A DNA stretch of 64,000 nucleotides. It comes from an uncultured Acidobacteriota bacterium. Lineage in GTDB: Bacteria; Acidobacteriota; Thermoanaerobaculia; Multivoradales; UBA5704. The number at the start of each line of letters is the position of its first letter. The first letter of the stretch is position 1. A program made the position numbers and the translations under genes. The notes below the pieces were generated by a model. It was given only the letters and a program-made list of their open reading frames with translations, did not search any database and was not told the origin of the DNA. The stretch is taken from assembly GCA_963698025.1 (NCBI GenBank), contig OY969112.1, positions 1,341,242 through 1,405,241 on the forward strand, written 5' to 3'. Below are positions 8,758-17,631 of this stretch, piece by piece.

Positions 8758-9936
8758 ATGCGCCGGCTCCATCTGACGACCGGCGGTGAGAGCCACGGAC
8801 CCGGCCTCACCGCGATCCTTACCGGACTGCCCGCCGGACTGCGGGTGGACTTCGACCTCCTGGCCCGCGACCTCGCCCGCCGCCAGCACGGCTTCGGCCG
8901 CGGGCGCCGCATGCAGATCGAGAAGGACGCCGCCGAGGTGCGCGGCGGCGTGCGCGGGGGCGAGACCCTGGGCTCCCCCCTGGTGCTCTGGATCCAGAAC
9001 CGCGATTACGTGAGCTGGGAGCGGATCATGGGCCCCGAGACGGTCGATCCCCATCTGGTGGAGACGCGCCGCCTCAGGTCGCCGCGGCCGGGGCACACCG
9101 ACCTCGCGGGGGGGATCAAGTACCAGCGGCGGGACCTGCGCGACATCCTCGAGCGCGCCTCCGCCCGCGAGACCACCGCCCGCGTGGCGGCCGGTGCCTT
9201 CGCCCGCATGCTGCTGGCGGAATTCGGGATCGAGATCCGCAGCGGCGTCCGCTCCCTGGGGCCGATCGGCGCCGACGCGCCGGTCCCCGCCTGGGCGGAT
9301 CTCCTCAACGTGGACGAGACCTCGCCGTTGCGGGCGATCGACCGCGCGCTGGAGCCCGAGATGGTCCGCCTGGTCGAGCGGGCCAAGGAGGAGGGGGACA
9401 CGCTAGGGGGCGCGGTGACGGTGATCGCCCGCGGGGTCCCCCCGGGGCTCGGCTCGCACGTGCAGTGGGACGAGAAGCTCGACGGTCGCCTCGCCCAGGC
9501 GATCCTCTCGATCCACGCCGTCAAGGCGGTGGAGATCGGCGCCGGCGTCACCGCCTCCCAGGGGTTCGGCAGCGCCGCCCACGACGCCATCGAGAGGACG
9601 GAGGACGGCCGCTGGGTCCGCCCCACCAACCGTGCCGGCGGCCTCGAAGGGGGGGTCACCAACGGCGAGGACGTGGTGATCACCGCCTACAAGAAGCCGA
9701 TCGCCACCCTCCGCAAGGGGCTGCCGAGCGTCGACCTCGACACCCTGGAGGCGCGCACCTCGCAGTACGAGCGCAGCGACGTCACCGCGCTCCCCGCCGC
9801 CGGCGTCATCGCCGAGTCCATGGTTGCCCTGGTGCTGGCCGACGCCCTGCTGGAGAAGCTGGGGGGGGACTCGATGGTGGAGGTTCGTGCGCACTGGGAG
9901 GCCACGGCCGCGCAGCAGCGGGCGTGGCCGGGGTGA
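8758..9936 (+). CDS. aroC: Chorismate synthase
   Basis: N-terminus TTGGESHGPGL and overall AroC-like sequence; 392 aa. Confidence 0.95.
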   Translation: MRRLHLTTGGESHGPGLTAILTGLPAGLRVDFDLLARDLARRQHGFGRGRRMQIEKDAAEVRGGVRGGETLGSPLVLWIQNRDYVSWERIMGPETVDPHLVETRRLRSPRPGHTDLAGGIKYQRRDLRDILERASARETTARVAAGAFARMLLAEFGIEIRSGVRSLGPIGADAPVPAWADLLNVDETSPLRAIDRALEPEMVRLVERAKEEGDTLGGAVTVIARGVPPGLGSHVQWDEKLDGRLAQAILSIHAVKAVEIGAGVTASQGFGSAAHDAIERTEDGRWVRPTNRAGGLEGGVTNGEDVVITAYKKPIATLRKGLPSVDLDTLEARTSQYERSDVTALPAAGVIAESMVALVLADALLEKLGGDSMVEVRAHWEATAAQQRAWPG

Positions 9937-9943
9937 CGAGGCC

Positions 9944-11689
9944 CTATTTCCCCGCCCTCACCTTGGAGGCCAGAAACCGCCACCCCGGTTCCCGTCGCTC
10001 GCTCTCCAGCTGACTCTGGCGGGCGCGCAGGACGTCGGTGCGGGTGCAGATGCCGGCCAGCCTGCCGGCGGCGACCACCGGCAGGTGCTCCACCTCCTCC
10101 TCGAGCATCCGCTGGAGGGCGCGGAAGACGGTGTCCTCGGGGACGACGCAGACCACGTCCTGGCTGGCCACGTCGGTCACCGGCTCGGCATCGTCGGCGG
10201 CGCGGCGCAGCAGGTCGCCGCGGGCCACGATGCCCACGCACTTCCCTTCCGCGTCCACCAGCGGGTAGGCGCCGTGGCGGCCGGCCTCCAGCCGGCGGCG
10301 GGCCTCCCCCACCGTGGCGGTCACCGGCAGGGTCTCGACCTGGCGGGTCATCACGTCCGCCACCAGGGTCGTACGCAGCACGTCCACCTCGTACTCGGTG
10401 CTCACCCGCAGCCCCCGCCGGAAGAGCTTCTCGGTCATCAGCGTCTCGCGCATCAGGGCGGCGGCGATCAGGTCCGCCACCACCGCCGCCAACATCAGGG
10501 GGACGATGATCTGGTAGTCGCGGGTCAGCTCGAAGAGGAAGACGATGGCCGTGAAGGTGGCCCGCGTCGAGGCGCCGAAGGTGGCGGCCATCCCCACCAC
10601 GGCGAAGGCGCCGGGGGAGATGCCGAGGTCCGGGACCACCGCCAGGGCCAGCGCGCCGACCAGGCTGCCGAAGGAGCCGCCGATCAGCAGCAGCGGCGCC
10701 AGCGTCCCCCCCGAGGTGCCCGAGCCGAGGGCGATCCACCAGGCCACCAGCTTGGCGATCGCCAGCACGGCGATGGCCCCGATCGCCAGCCGGTCGTTGA
10801 GCACGTCGCCGATGGCATCGTAGCCCACCCCCAGGACGCGCGGCACCAGCAGGCCGACCAGCCCGAAGCCGAGGGCGCCGATCACCGGATGCCAGAACTC
10901 GGAGACCGGCAGGCGGCGGAAGCCGTCCTCGACCAGGAAGAGCCCCTTGCTCACCACCACCGCCAGCAGGCCGCAGGCGAGCCCCAGCACCACGAACCAG
11001 GGGAGGATCGCCAGGCCCGCGTAATCGTGGGCCGGCACCGAGAAGAGCGGCCCCGAGCCGAACAGAGCCGAATGGATGCCCGCCGCCACGCTCGACGCCA
11101 CCACCAGCGGCACGAACGCCCGGGTGGAGAACTCGAACAGCAGCAGCTCGATGGCCAGCACCACCGAGGCGAGCGGCGCGCCGAAGGTGGCCGACATGCC
11201 CGCCGCCGCGCCGCAGGCGAGCAGGATCTTGCGCTCGGCCGGCGAGACGTGCAGCACCTGCCCCACCAGCGACCCCAGCGCGCCGCCGGTGACGATGATC
11301 GGACCCTCGGCGCCGAACGGCCCGCCGGTGCCGATGGCGACCGCCGCCGACAGCGGCTTGGCGAGCGCCGCCCGTGGCGAGATCCGGCTCTGCCGCAGCA
11401 GCACCGCCTCCATGGTCTCCGGGATGCCGTGGCCGCGGATCACCGGCGACCACTTCGCCAGCAGCGACACCACGAAGGCGCCGGCCATCGCCGCCACCAC
11501 GATCCAGGGGCTGGCCGTCAGCGTCCGGAACGACGGCAGCTCCCAGCCGTAGCGGTGGAACAGGGCGAGGTTGGTCAGCAGGCCGATCAGGTGCAGGAGA
11601 ACCCAGGCCGCGCCGCCGCCGGCGGCTCCGAGCAGCGCGGCGAGGAGGGACAGGAAGAGCAGTCTGCGCGGGGAGGTCTGGGCGTGCAC
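9944..11689 (-). CDS. ClC-family voltage-gated chloride channel with C-terminal CBS pair
   Basis: ClC motifs GHGIPE and GAEGP, a polytopic membrane core, and C-terminal tandem CBS-like domains. Confidence 0.9.
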   Translation of the reverse strand: MHAQTSPRRLLFLSLLAALLGAAGGGAAWVLLHLIGLLTNLALFHRYGWELPSFRTLTASPWIVVAAMAGAFVVSLLAKWSPVIRGHGIPETMEAVLLRQSRISPRAALAKPLSAAVAIGTGGPFGAEGPIIVTGGALGSLVGQVLHVSPAERKILLACGAAAGMSATFGAPLASVVLAIELLLFEFSTRAFVPLVVASSVAAGIHSALFGSGPLFSVPAHDYAGLAILPWFVVLGLACGLLAVVVSKGLFLVEDGFRRLPVSEFWHPVIGALGFGLVGLLVPRVLGVGYDAIGDVLNDRLAIGAIAVLAIAKLVAWWIALGSGTSGGTLAPLLLIGGSFGSLVGALALAVVPDLGISPGAFAVVGMAATFGASTRATFTAIVFLFELTRDYQIIVPLMLAAVVADLIAAALMRETLMTEKLFRRGLRVSTEYEVDVLRTTLVADVMTRQVETLPVTATVGEARRRLEAGRHGAYPLVDAEGKCVGIVARGDLLRRAADDAEPVTDVASQDVVCVVPEDTVFRALQRMLEEEVEHLPVVAAGRLAGICTRTDVLRARQSQLESERREPGWRFLASKVRAGK

Positions 11690-11778
11690 GGGGAGGTCTC
11701 CTCTGGGGATCCAGGCTCGCGATTCATGTCGCGATGCGATCTATTATCACATGATGTTTCCTGCGCTACACTTCTTCC

Positions 11779-12189
11779 ATGGTTCGCGATTTGGACGATG
11801 CCGACTACCGGCGGTTGCTCCAGTTCCGGATCGGCCTGCGCCGCTTCCTGCACTGGAGCGAGGAGCAGGCCGAAAAGGCGGGTCTGCGGCCGGCGCAGCA
11901 CCAGCTCCTGCTCGCCGTCCGCGGGCACGAGGGGGAGCAGGGGCCCACCATCGGCGACGTCGCCGGCTACCTGCTGCTGCGTCACCACAGCGCCGTGGGA
12001 CTGGTCGACCGGGCGGTGAAGGCGGGGCTGGTGGAGCGGCACGAGGACGCCGGGGACCGCCGGGTGGTCCGCCTGCGGCTGACCCCGCTCGGCTCCGGGA
12101 CGCTCCAGCAGCTCTCGGCCGCGCACCTCGAGGAGATCCAGCGGCTCACCCCGCGCATCCAGGAGCTCTCCCAAGGCCTCGAGCCGTAG
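11779..12189 (+). CDS. MarR-family transcriptional regulator
   Basis: A 136-aa winged-HTH protein (PAQHQLLLAV...GPTIGDVAGYLLLRHHSAVGLVDRAVKAGLVER..DRRVVRLRLTPLG). Confidence 0.85.
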   Translation: MVRDLDDADYRRLLQFRIGLRRFLHWSEEQAEKAGLRPAQHQLLLAVRGHEGEQGPTIGDVAGYLLLRHHSAVGLVDRAVKAGLVERHEDAGDRRVVRLRLTPLGSGTLQQLSAAHLEEIQRLTPRIQELSQGLEP

Positions 12190-12294
12190 GTCTCCCGGGA
12201 GAGGAATCTCAGGAAACCTTCATCTTGGAGGCTCTAGAATGCCTGGATCGCGGGGGCGTGGCGCGCCCCTGCCGAGAGACAGGAGTCGTGTTTC

Positions 12295-13974
12295 ATGGGC
12301 TGTTTCATCCACCCCCGCCTGCCGCTGGTCGCGGCCCTCGTCGCCCTGGCAGCGCCCGGCTGGCCGGTGGCGGCCCAGCAGACCGTTCAGCCGGCCGCCG
12401 CCGGCTGTAACCGGCCGGGGGACGAGCCGTGCGCCCCGCCCGCGGGCACGCCGCCCAAGGTGCGGCAGCTCCACGTCTTCACCCAGAACATCTTCGACCC
12501 CGCGAAGCCGGGCGAGGACCGGTTCATCTTCCGGCTCGCCAACCGGCTGCACGTCGTCACCCGGCCGGAGGTCATCGAGCGCCAGGTGCTCCTCAAGCCG
12601 GGCGACGTCTATTCGCCGGAGACGGCGGCGGAGTCCGAGCGCATCCTGCGCAAGAACCGCTACCTCTACGACGCCCAGATCCGCCCCATCCCGGTGGGCG
12701 AGGGTCTGGTCGACCTCGACGTGGTCACCCGCGACGTCTGGACCCTCCAGGGGGGCGTCGGCTTCCGCCGCTCGGGAGGCGCCAACGACATCCACTTCCA
12801 GATCCAGGACGTGAACTTCCTGGGCGCCGGCAAGGGGATCTCGCTGGAGCACGAGAGCACGGTGGACCGCACCACCAACCTGGTCAGCTACGACGATCCG
12901 AACCTGTTCGGCAGCCACGGCCGGCTCGGCGTCGCCTACTCCGACAACAGCGACGGCTCCTTGAAGCAGCTCGCGCTGGAACGGCCGTTCTACTCGCTGG
13001 ACACGCGCTGGGCCGTGGGGGTGCAGGGCACCCTCGACGACCGCGTCGACCCGCTCTACGACCGCGGCCACGTCTTCGACCGCTTCCAGCACCGGCAGGA
13101 CGTCTTCGGGATCTACGCCGGCCTCTCGCCCGGGCTCCAGAACCGCAGCACCCACCGCTGGCTCACCGGCTTCACCGTGGAGCGCGACCGCTTCGCCCCC
13201 GCCGCGGGCTACGATCCGCCGGCGCTGCTGCCCGGGGACCGCACCCTGGCCTACCCCTGGATCAGCTACGAGTATCTGCAGGACGCCTACTTCACCGAGC
13301 GCGACCTCGACCGCATCCAGCGCACCGAGGACGTCAACGTCGGCCGCCAGCTCCACGTCCGGCTCGGCTACTCCTCGACCGCCTGGGGGGGGACCCTCAA
13401 CCGCTTCGTCACCGATGTCGGCGCCGGCCTCGGCTGGCGCCCCGGCCCGCGCCAGCTCCTCCTCACCTCGGTGCAGGGGGCCGGCCGCTTCGGCAACGGC
13501 GGCACGGAGAACCTGCTGGTCGGGGGGAGCGTCCGGTACTACCTGCGGGATTTCGGCGACAACCTCTTCTACGCCGCCCTCGGCGGCGACGTCGCCCACG
13601 AGCTCGATCCCGAGCGCCAGCTGCTGCTGGGCGGCGACACCGGGCTGCGCGGCTACCCCCTGCGCTACCTGCAGGGGGACCACCGCGTGCTGCTCACCCT
13701 CGAGCAGCGGTTCTTCAGCGGCCGCGAGCTCTTCCACCTCGTGCACTTCGGGGCCGCCGCCTTCTTCGACGCCGGCTCGGCCTGGTTCGAGGACGGCGAC
13801 GGCAAGGTGGCCGCCGACCGCAAGCTGCTCAAGGACGTCGGCTTCGGCCTGCGCGTCGGCTCCAGCCGCTCGTCGCGGGGGTCGATGGTCCACCTCGACC
13901 TCGCCTTCCCGCTCGACGGCGGCTCCTCGATCAAGCGCGTGCAGTGGCTGGTGTCGACCAGCGACACTTTCTGA
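12295..13974 (+). CDS. Omp85/BamA-TamA-family outer-membrane protein (one POTRA-like region plus beta-barrel)
   Basis: A signal peptide, a POTRA-like segment (VIERQVLLKPGDVYSPE...ERILRKNRYLYDA), then an alternating beta-strand pattern with a C-terminal aromatic residue (SDTF). Confidence 0.65.
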   Translation: MGCFIHPRLPLVAALVALAAPGWPVAAQQTVQPAAAGCNRPGDEPCAPPAGTPPKVRQLHVFTQNIFDPAKPGEDRFIFRLANRLHVVTRPEVIERQVLLKPGDVYSPETAAESERILRKNRYLYDAQIRPIPVGEGLVDLDVVTRDVWTLQGGVGFRRSGGANDIHFQIQDVNFLGAGKGISLEHESTVDRTTNLVSYDDPNLFGSHGRLGVAYSDNSDGSLKQLALERPFYSLDTRWAVGVQGTLDDRVDPLYDRGHVFDRFQHRQDVFGIYAGLSPGLQNRSTHRWLTGFTVERDRFAPAAGYDPPALLPGDRTLAYPWISYEYLQDAYFTERDLDRIQRTEDVNVGRQLHVRLGYSSTAWGGTLNRFVTDVGAGLGWRPGPRQLLLTSVQGAGRFGNGGTENLLVGGSVRYYLRDFGDNLFYAALGGDVAHELDPERQLLLGGDTGLRGYPLRYLQGDHRVLLTLEQRFFSGRELFHLVHFGAAAFFDAGSAWFEDGDGKVAADRKLLKDVGFGLRVGSSRSSRGSMVHLDLAFPLDGGSSIKRVQWLVSTSDTF

Positions 13975-13993
13975 AGCTCAGGACGGCTGAAGC

Positions 13994-15085
13994 TCAGGAG
14001 ACGGCGTTGGAGGTGAGATCGGCCATCATCGGATCGCGGGCTCCCACCCCGAACGCCCGCAGCACGAAGTCGCAGACGAAGATCTCCTGCACGGCGACCC
14101 CGGTCAGCTTGCAGACGATGCGCTCGCGGTCCGAGGTGCGCCCCGGCCGCCCCTGGTCCGCGGCGATCAGCACGTCGCCGATCTCGGCGTCGATCCGGCC
14201 GGCGTCGAACAGCCCGCTGCGGATGCCGTGGCCGATCTCGGCCAGGATCTCGTTCTGCGAGCGGCTGTCGACGTAAACCTTGTCGGCCTTGAGGACGGCT
14301 TCCGGATCGAGCTCGCGCTTGTGGATCGAGTCCGCCCCCATGCCGATGACCAGCACCCCCTCGGGCAGCCACTCGCCGCGCACGATGGGCTCGTTGGCAT
14401 AGGTGGCCGTGACCACCACGTCGGCGGGGCGCGCCACCTCCTCGGCGTTGGTCTTCGCCTCCACCGTGAGGTCGGGGCGGCTGGCCCGCAGCCCGTCGGC
14501 GAACCGGCGCACGTGATCGGGGGTACGCCCCCAGACGAGCACCTTGCGGATCCCCGGGCAGGCGTGGAGGACGGCGTCGGTCTGCAGCCGCGCCTGCGCT
14601 CCCGAGCCGTAGATCCCGAGGATCTCCGAGTCCCGCCGGGCGAGCGCCTCGGCGGCCACGGCGCCGGCGGCGGCGGTGCGCAGCTGGGTGATCCACGCCC
14701 GGTCCTCGATCACCGCCAGGGGCTCGCCGTCGAGAGCGCTGAAGATCACGATCACACCATTGATCGACGGGCTGGGCGGCGTGCGCCGGGTGTTCTCCGG
14801 AAAGGTGGAGGCGACCTTGACCAGGCAGAAGTCGAACGGCTCGACGTGACCCGTCTTGATGTGCAGGGCCCCCTTCTTGCGGCCCGGCATCTCCAGATGC
14901 TGGACGGGCGGGATGTTCGCCCGCCCCTGCGAGTAGCTCTTGAACGCCTGCCGGACCGGCTCGATGGCGTCTTCCAGCCGGACCAGGCTACGGATCTCGT
15001 CATATGTGATGGTCTTGATCGCCAAGACAGTACTCCCTTCTACACTGTGCCGGTTCCGGCGTTTGCCCGCTCTAGCTGCCCGCAT
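13994..15085 (-). CDS. Ornithine cyclodeaminase / mu-crystallin family protein
   Basis: Family-typical layout with a Rossmann motif (GIYGSGAQA). The true start may lie downstream of the first ATG. Confidence 0.8.
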   Translation of the reverse strand: MRAARAGKRRNRHSVEGSTVLAIKTITYDEIRSLVRLEDAIEPVRQAFKSYSQGRANIPPVQHLEMPGRKKGALHIKTGHVEPFDFCLVKVASTFPENTRRTPPSPSINGVIVIFSALDGEPLAVIEDRAWITQLRTAAAGAVAAEALARRDSEILGIYGSGAQARLQTDAVLHACPGIRKVLVWGRTPDHVRRFADGLRASRPDLTVEAKTNAEEVARPADVVVTATYANEPIVRGEWLPEGVLVIGMGADSIHKRELDPEAVLKADKVYVDSRSQNEILAEIGHGIRSGLFDAGRIDAEIGDVLIAADQGRPGRTSDRERIVCKLTGVAVQEIFVCDFVLRAFGVGARDPMMADLTSNAVS

Positions 15086-15160
15086 CTATAGGTGCCGCCG
15101 CGGGGAAAGATCGGGACCAGATTCGTCACCAACCCGGCGAACCTCTAGAATTCCCCAGGA

Positions 15161-16114
15161 ATGCCCGCGCCACCCCTCTCGATCGTCATTCCGACGCATG
15201 ACACGCGGGATCTGACCCTGCGCTGCCTGGATTCGCTCTTCGCCTCCCCCGTCCCTGGAATGGAGGTGATCCTGGTCGACGACGCGAGCCGGGACGGCAC
15301 GGCCGGGGCGGCGCGGCAGCGCCATCCGGGAGTGGCCGTGCTGCGCAACGAGGAGCCGGCCCGCTTCACCGGGGCGGCGAACCGCGGCCTCGCGCAGGCC
15401 GCGGGCGAGATCCTCCTGCTCCTCAACAGCGACACCGAGGTCGGGCCGGGCGGGCTCGGGCGGCTGGCGGAGATCTTCGCACGCGAGCCGGCCCTGGGCA
15501 TCGCGGGCGCCCGGCTCCACTACCCCGACGGCTCGCCACAGTGGAGCGGCGGCCGCGAGCCCACCCTCGCCTGGTTCTTCGTCCTGACCAGCGGCCTGCC
15601 CGCCCTGCTGGCGCGGCTGCCGCTCTACCGGCGGCGAGTCAGGCCGCTCGACCTCGCCGGCCCGGCGGCGGTCGACTGGGTGACCGGCGCCGCCATGGCG
15701 TTCCGGCGCGCGGTCTGGGAGGCGGCGGGTCCGCTCGACGAGGGTTTCCGCTTCTACGCCCAGGACCTCGACTTCTGCCTGCGCGCCCGGCGCTCCGGCT
15801 TCGCGGTCGAGGTGCGGCCGGAGCTGCGGGTGCTCCACCACCACGGTGCGACGATCGGCCGCGCCGCCGGCGCCCGCGGCCACCAGCACCCGGAGCTGCT
15901 CTGGAGCGACCTCCTGCGCTGGGCCCGCAAGCACCGCGGCGGACCCTGGGCGGCGCGCGCCGAGACCGCCCTGCGGGCCGGTGTCCGCCTGCGCCGCGCC
16001 GCCCACGCGGTTGCCGGACCGTTCGCGGGGAGCGCCGCGCGCGCGGCCTGGAAGGAAGACGACCGGGCGGCGCGCGGGGCGATGGAGGCACTGGAGAGCG
16101 ATGCGGCCCCATAG
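15161..16114 (+). CDS. Family 2 glycosyltransferase
   Basis: GT2 signature LSIVIPTHD...VILVDDASRDGT...LLLNSDTEV. Confidence 0.85.
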   Translation: MPAPPLSIVIPTHDTRDLTLRCLDSLFASPVPGMEVILVDDASRDGTAGAARQRHPGVAVLRNEEPARFTGAANRGLAQAAGEILLLLNSDTEVGPGGLGRLAEIFAREPALGIAGARLHYPDGSPQWSGGREPTLAWFFVLTSGLPALLARLPLYRRRVRPLDLAGPAAVDWVTGAAMAFRRAVWEAAGPLDEGFRFYAQDLDFCLRARRSGFAVEVRPELRVLHHHGATIGRAAGARGHQHPELLWSDLLRWARKHRGGPWAARAETALRAGVRLRRAAHAVAGPFAGSAARAAWKEDDRAARGAMEALESDAAP

Positions 16115-16405
16115 GGCGGCGAACTATTCCCCCAGCGTGTGCTCGACTTCCTCCGCCTCTCTCGAAAGTAGCTGTCGAACGCGGCGCGTTCGCCGCCATC
16201 ACCGCACCATCCTCTGGCCGACGCCCGCCAGAGGTTTCCATGCCCGAACAAACGCCTCGCCGGGCTCCCGAAGAGGTCGTTGCCGACCCAGCGGGACCAT
16301 TGACCTGGCTAACGCAAATCCTTATCCTCGAATTCTGTTGACCCGCATCATTAGATTTCCGGTTGCGGAAGCCTTGCTCCCAACAGGGGCCGGAGGACGT
16401 CGTAG

Positions 16406-17356
16406 ATGCCAAGTGAATTCCCCACGTCCTCAACGCTGCCGTTGAAGTCGCTTCGCCCAGGTGCGTGCGTTCTCGGCGCCTTGGCTCTCTTTGCCTGCCT
16501 TCAGGTTCGGGCCCAAGCTTCTTGTCTAACGCCCTCAGCGCTCGCGGGTGCCTGGACCGAACGGGGAACCGCAAATCAAGTCCGCTTCGAGGCCGCCCGG
16601 GTCATCCTTCGGGAGAAGGGCTTATTGAGGACGGCGACGATCTTGCGCAGTGAGCCGTGCGAGATCGTGGTGCGCGATCAAGGGGTGCTTGCTACCTGGA
16701 CGCTCAAAGCGAACGAGAGCAGCGCACCCGAGTTCGACCAAGGGAAGGGCGCCGTCCAGCTTGATCGCATGCCCGAGATCCCATCTTCACTTGATATCAA
16801 TCCTTTCCCGCTTCCTCCTCCGGGGCCGGTCCCCGCCGAAAAGATGAAGGAGATCGCGGCGGAGCTCGTGGCTCGAGAAGCAAGAGATCAGGCGGCCTTC
16901 AAGTCCGACAAGGATAAGCGGCCCGCGATCCTCGACGACAATATCCGCTATCTTAGGGAAGTAGTAGCGCGCTACGGCTGGATCGATATCCCGCGGTTCG
17001 GCAAAGCGGCGGCGGCGGCGGCGATTCTCATTGTCAAGCACTCGTCTGATCTGCCTCTTCTCCAGGATGCTCTTCCCGTGGCGGAAAGGGATGCCAAGGA
17101 AAACGGCGGCGGCAAGGAGTTGGTGTCCATCCTGGTTGATGAGGTGCTCATAAGCACGGGGCACAAACAGAAGTACGGCACTCAGATTGCCGACGACGAG
17201 CACGGCAAACCCTACGTCATTCCCGTAGAGGATCTTGGGAAGGTCGAAGAGTACCGCAAGGAGCTCGGTATTCTCACCTGGAAGGACTACCTCAAGAAAG
17301 CAAGCGATTTCCTCTACGACGGTCAGACCATACGGATTCCTGGGCCAGAAGAGTGA
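16406..17356 (+). CDS. Secreted or lipo-protein of unknown function (DUF6624-like C-terminal half)
   Basis: An N-terminal signal or lipobox-like segment (GALALFAC). The C-terminal region IVKHSSDLPLLQDALP...HKQKYGTQI resembles DUF6624-type proteins. It is the first gene of the lower-G+C island. Confidence 0.55.
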   Translation: MPSEFPTSSTLPLKSLRPGACVLGALALFACLQVRAQASCLTPSALAGAWTERGTANQVRFEAARVILREKGLLRTATILRSEPCEIVVRDQGVLATWTLKANESSAPEFDQGKGAVQLDRMPEIPSSLDINPFPLPPPGPVPAEKMKEIAAELVAREARDQAAFKSDKDKRPAILDDNIRYLREVVARYGWIDIPRFGKAAAAAAILIVKHSSDLPLLQDALPVAERDAKENGGGKELVSILVDEVLISTGHKQKYGTQIADDEHGKPYVIPVEDLGKVEEYRKELGILTWKDYLKKASDFLYDGQTIRIPGPEE

Positions 17357-17405
17357 ACGACGACTGGGCGCTGATGCCCAGCTTCGCGTTACAGAAAGGG
17401 AACCA

Positions 17406-17564
17406 ATGCACAAGACTAGTCAGAAGGAACGGGTGCTCGCGCGGGTTCTGGCGGCGGAGCTTGCGAAGGTTCATGGTGGCGGTGATCCGGTTTCAACCAC
17501 GGTCGGGCCTTCGGGAAGAAAAGACATCACGGATGCCAATAACGGTGATAGCCTGGAATACTGA
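17406..17564 (+). CDS. Graspetide (omega-ester/amide RiPP) precursor peptide, 52 aa
   Basis: MHKTSQKERVLARVLAAELAKVHGGGDPVSTTVGPSGRKDITDANNGDSLEY. An RBS-like AAAGGGAA lies upstream. It has a helical leader with an LARVL motif and a Thr/Ser/Lys plus Asp/Glu-rich C-terminal core. It lies directly upstream of the ATP-grasp maturase. Confidence 0.6.
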   Translation: MHKTSQKERVLARVLAAELAKVHGGGDPVSTTVGPSGRKDITDANNGDSLEY

Positions 17565-17578
17565 GACCTGAGAGCTTG

Positions 17579-17610
17579 GCGGGAGGTCGCGTGCCTAAAC
17601 GACCTCCCGC
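17579..17610 (+). promoter_or_regulatory. Intercistronic stem-loop between precursor and maturase (putative attenuator or processing site)
   Basis: Perfect 11-bp stem gcgggaggtcg / cgacctcccgc with a 10-nt loop and no U-tract. Confidence 0.5.
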
Positions 17611-17631
17611 TCCGATCCCAAGGGAGCCGGT

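Noticed and set aside
11690-11778. Short palindromes (TCGCGA twice; tcatgt...acatga) in the divergent ClC/MarR intergenic region, considered as a possible MarR operator.
   Set aside because: The half sites are only 6 bp and could arise by chance in a short region. They cannot be supported without binding data or conservation.
17353-17571. The 72-aa ORF in an alternative frame over the graspetide precursor, and the long upstream extension 17235-17405 of the precursor frame.
   Set aside because: The extension overlaps the 3' end of the preceding gene and lacks an RBS. The internal ATG at 17406 has an RBS and yields a typical leader-core peptide. The alternative frame gives a Cys/Arg-rich sequence with no features.
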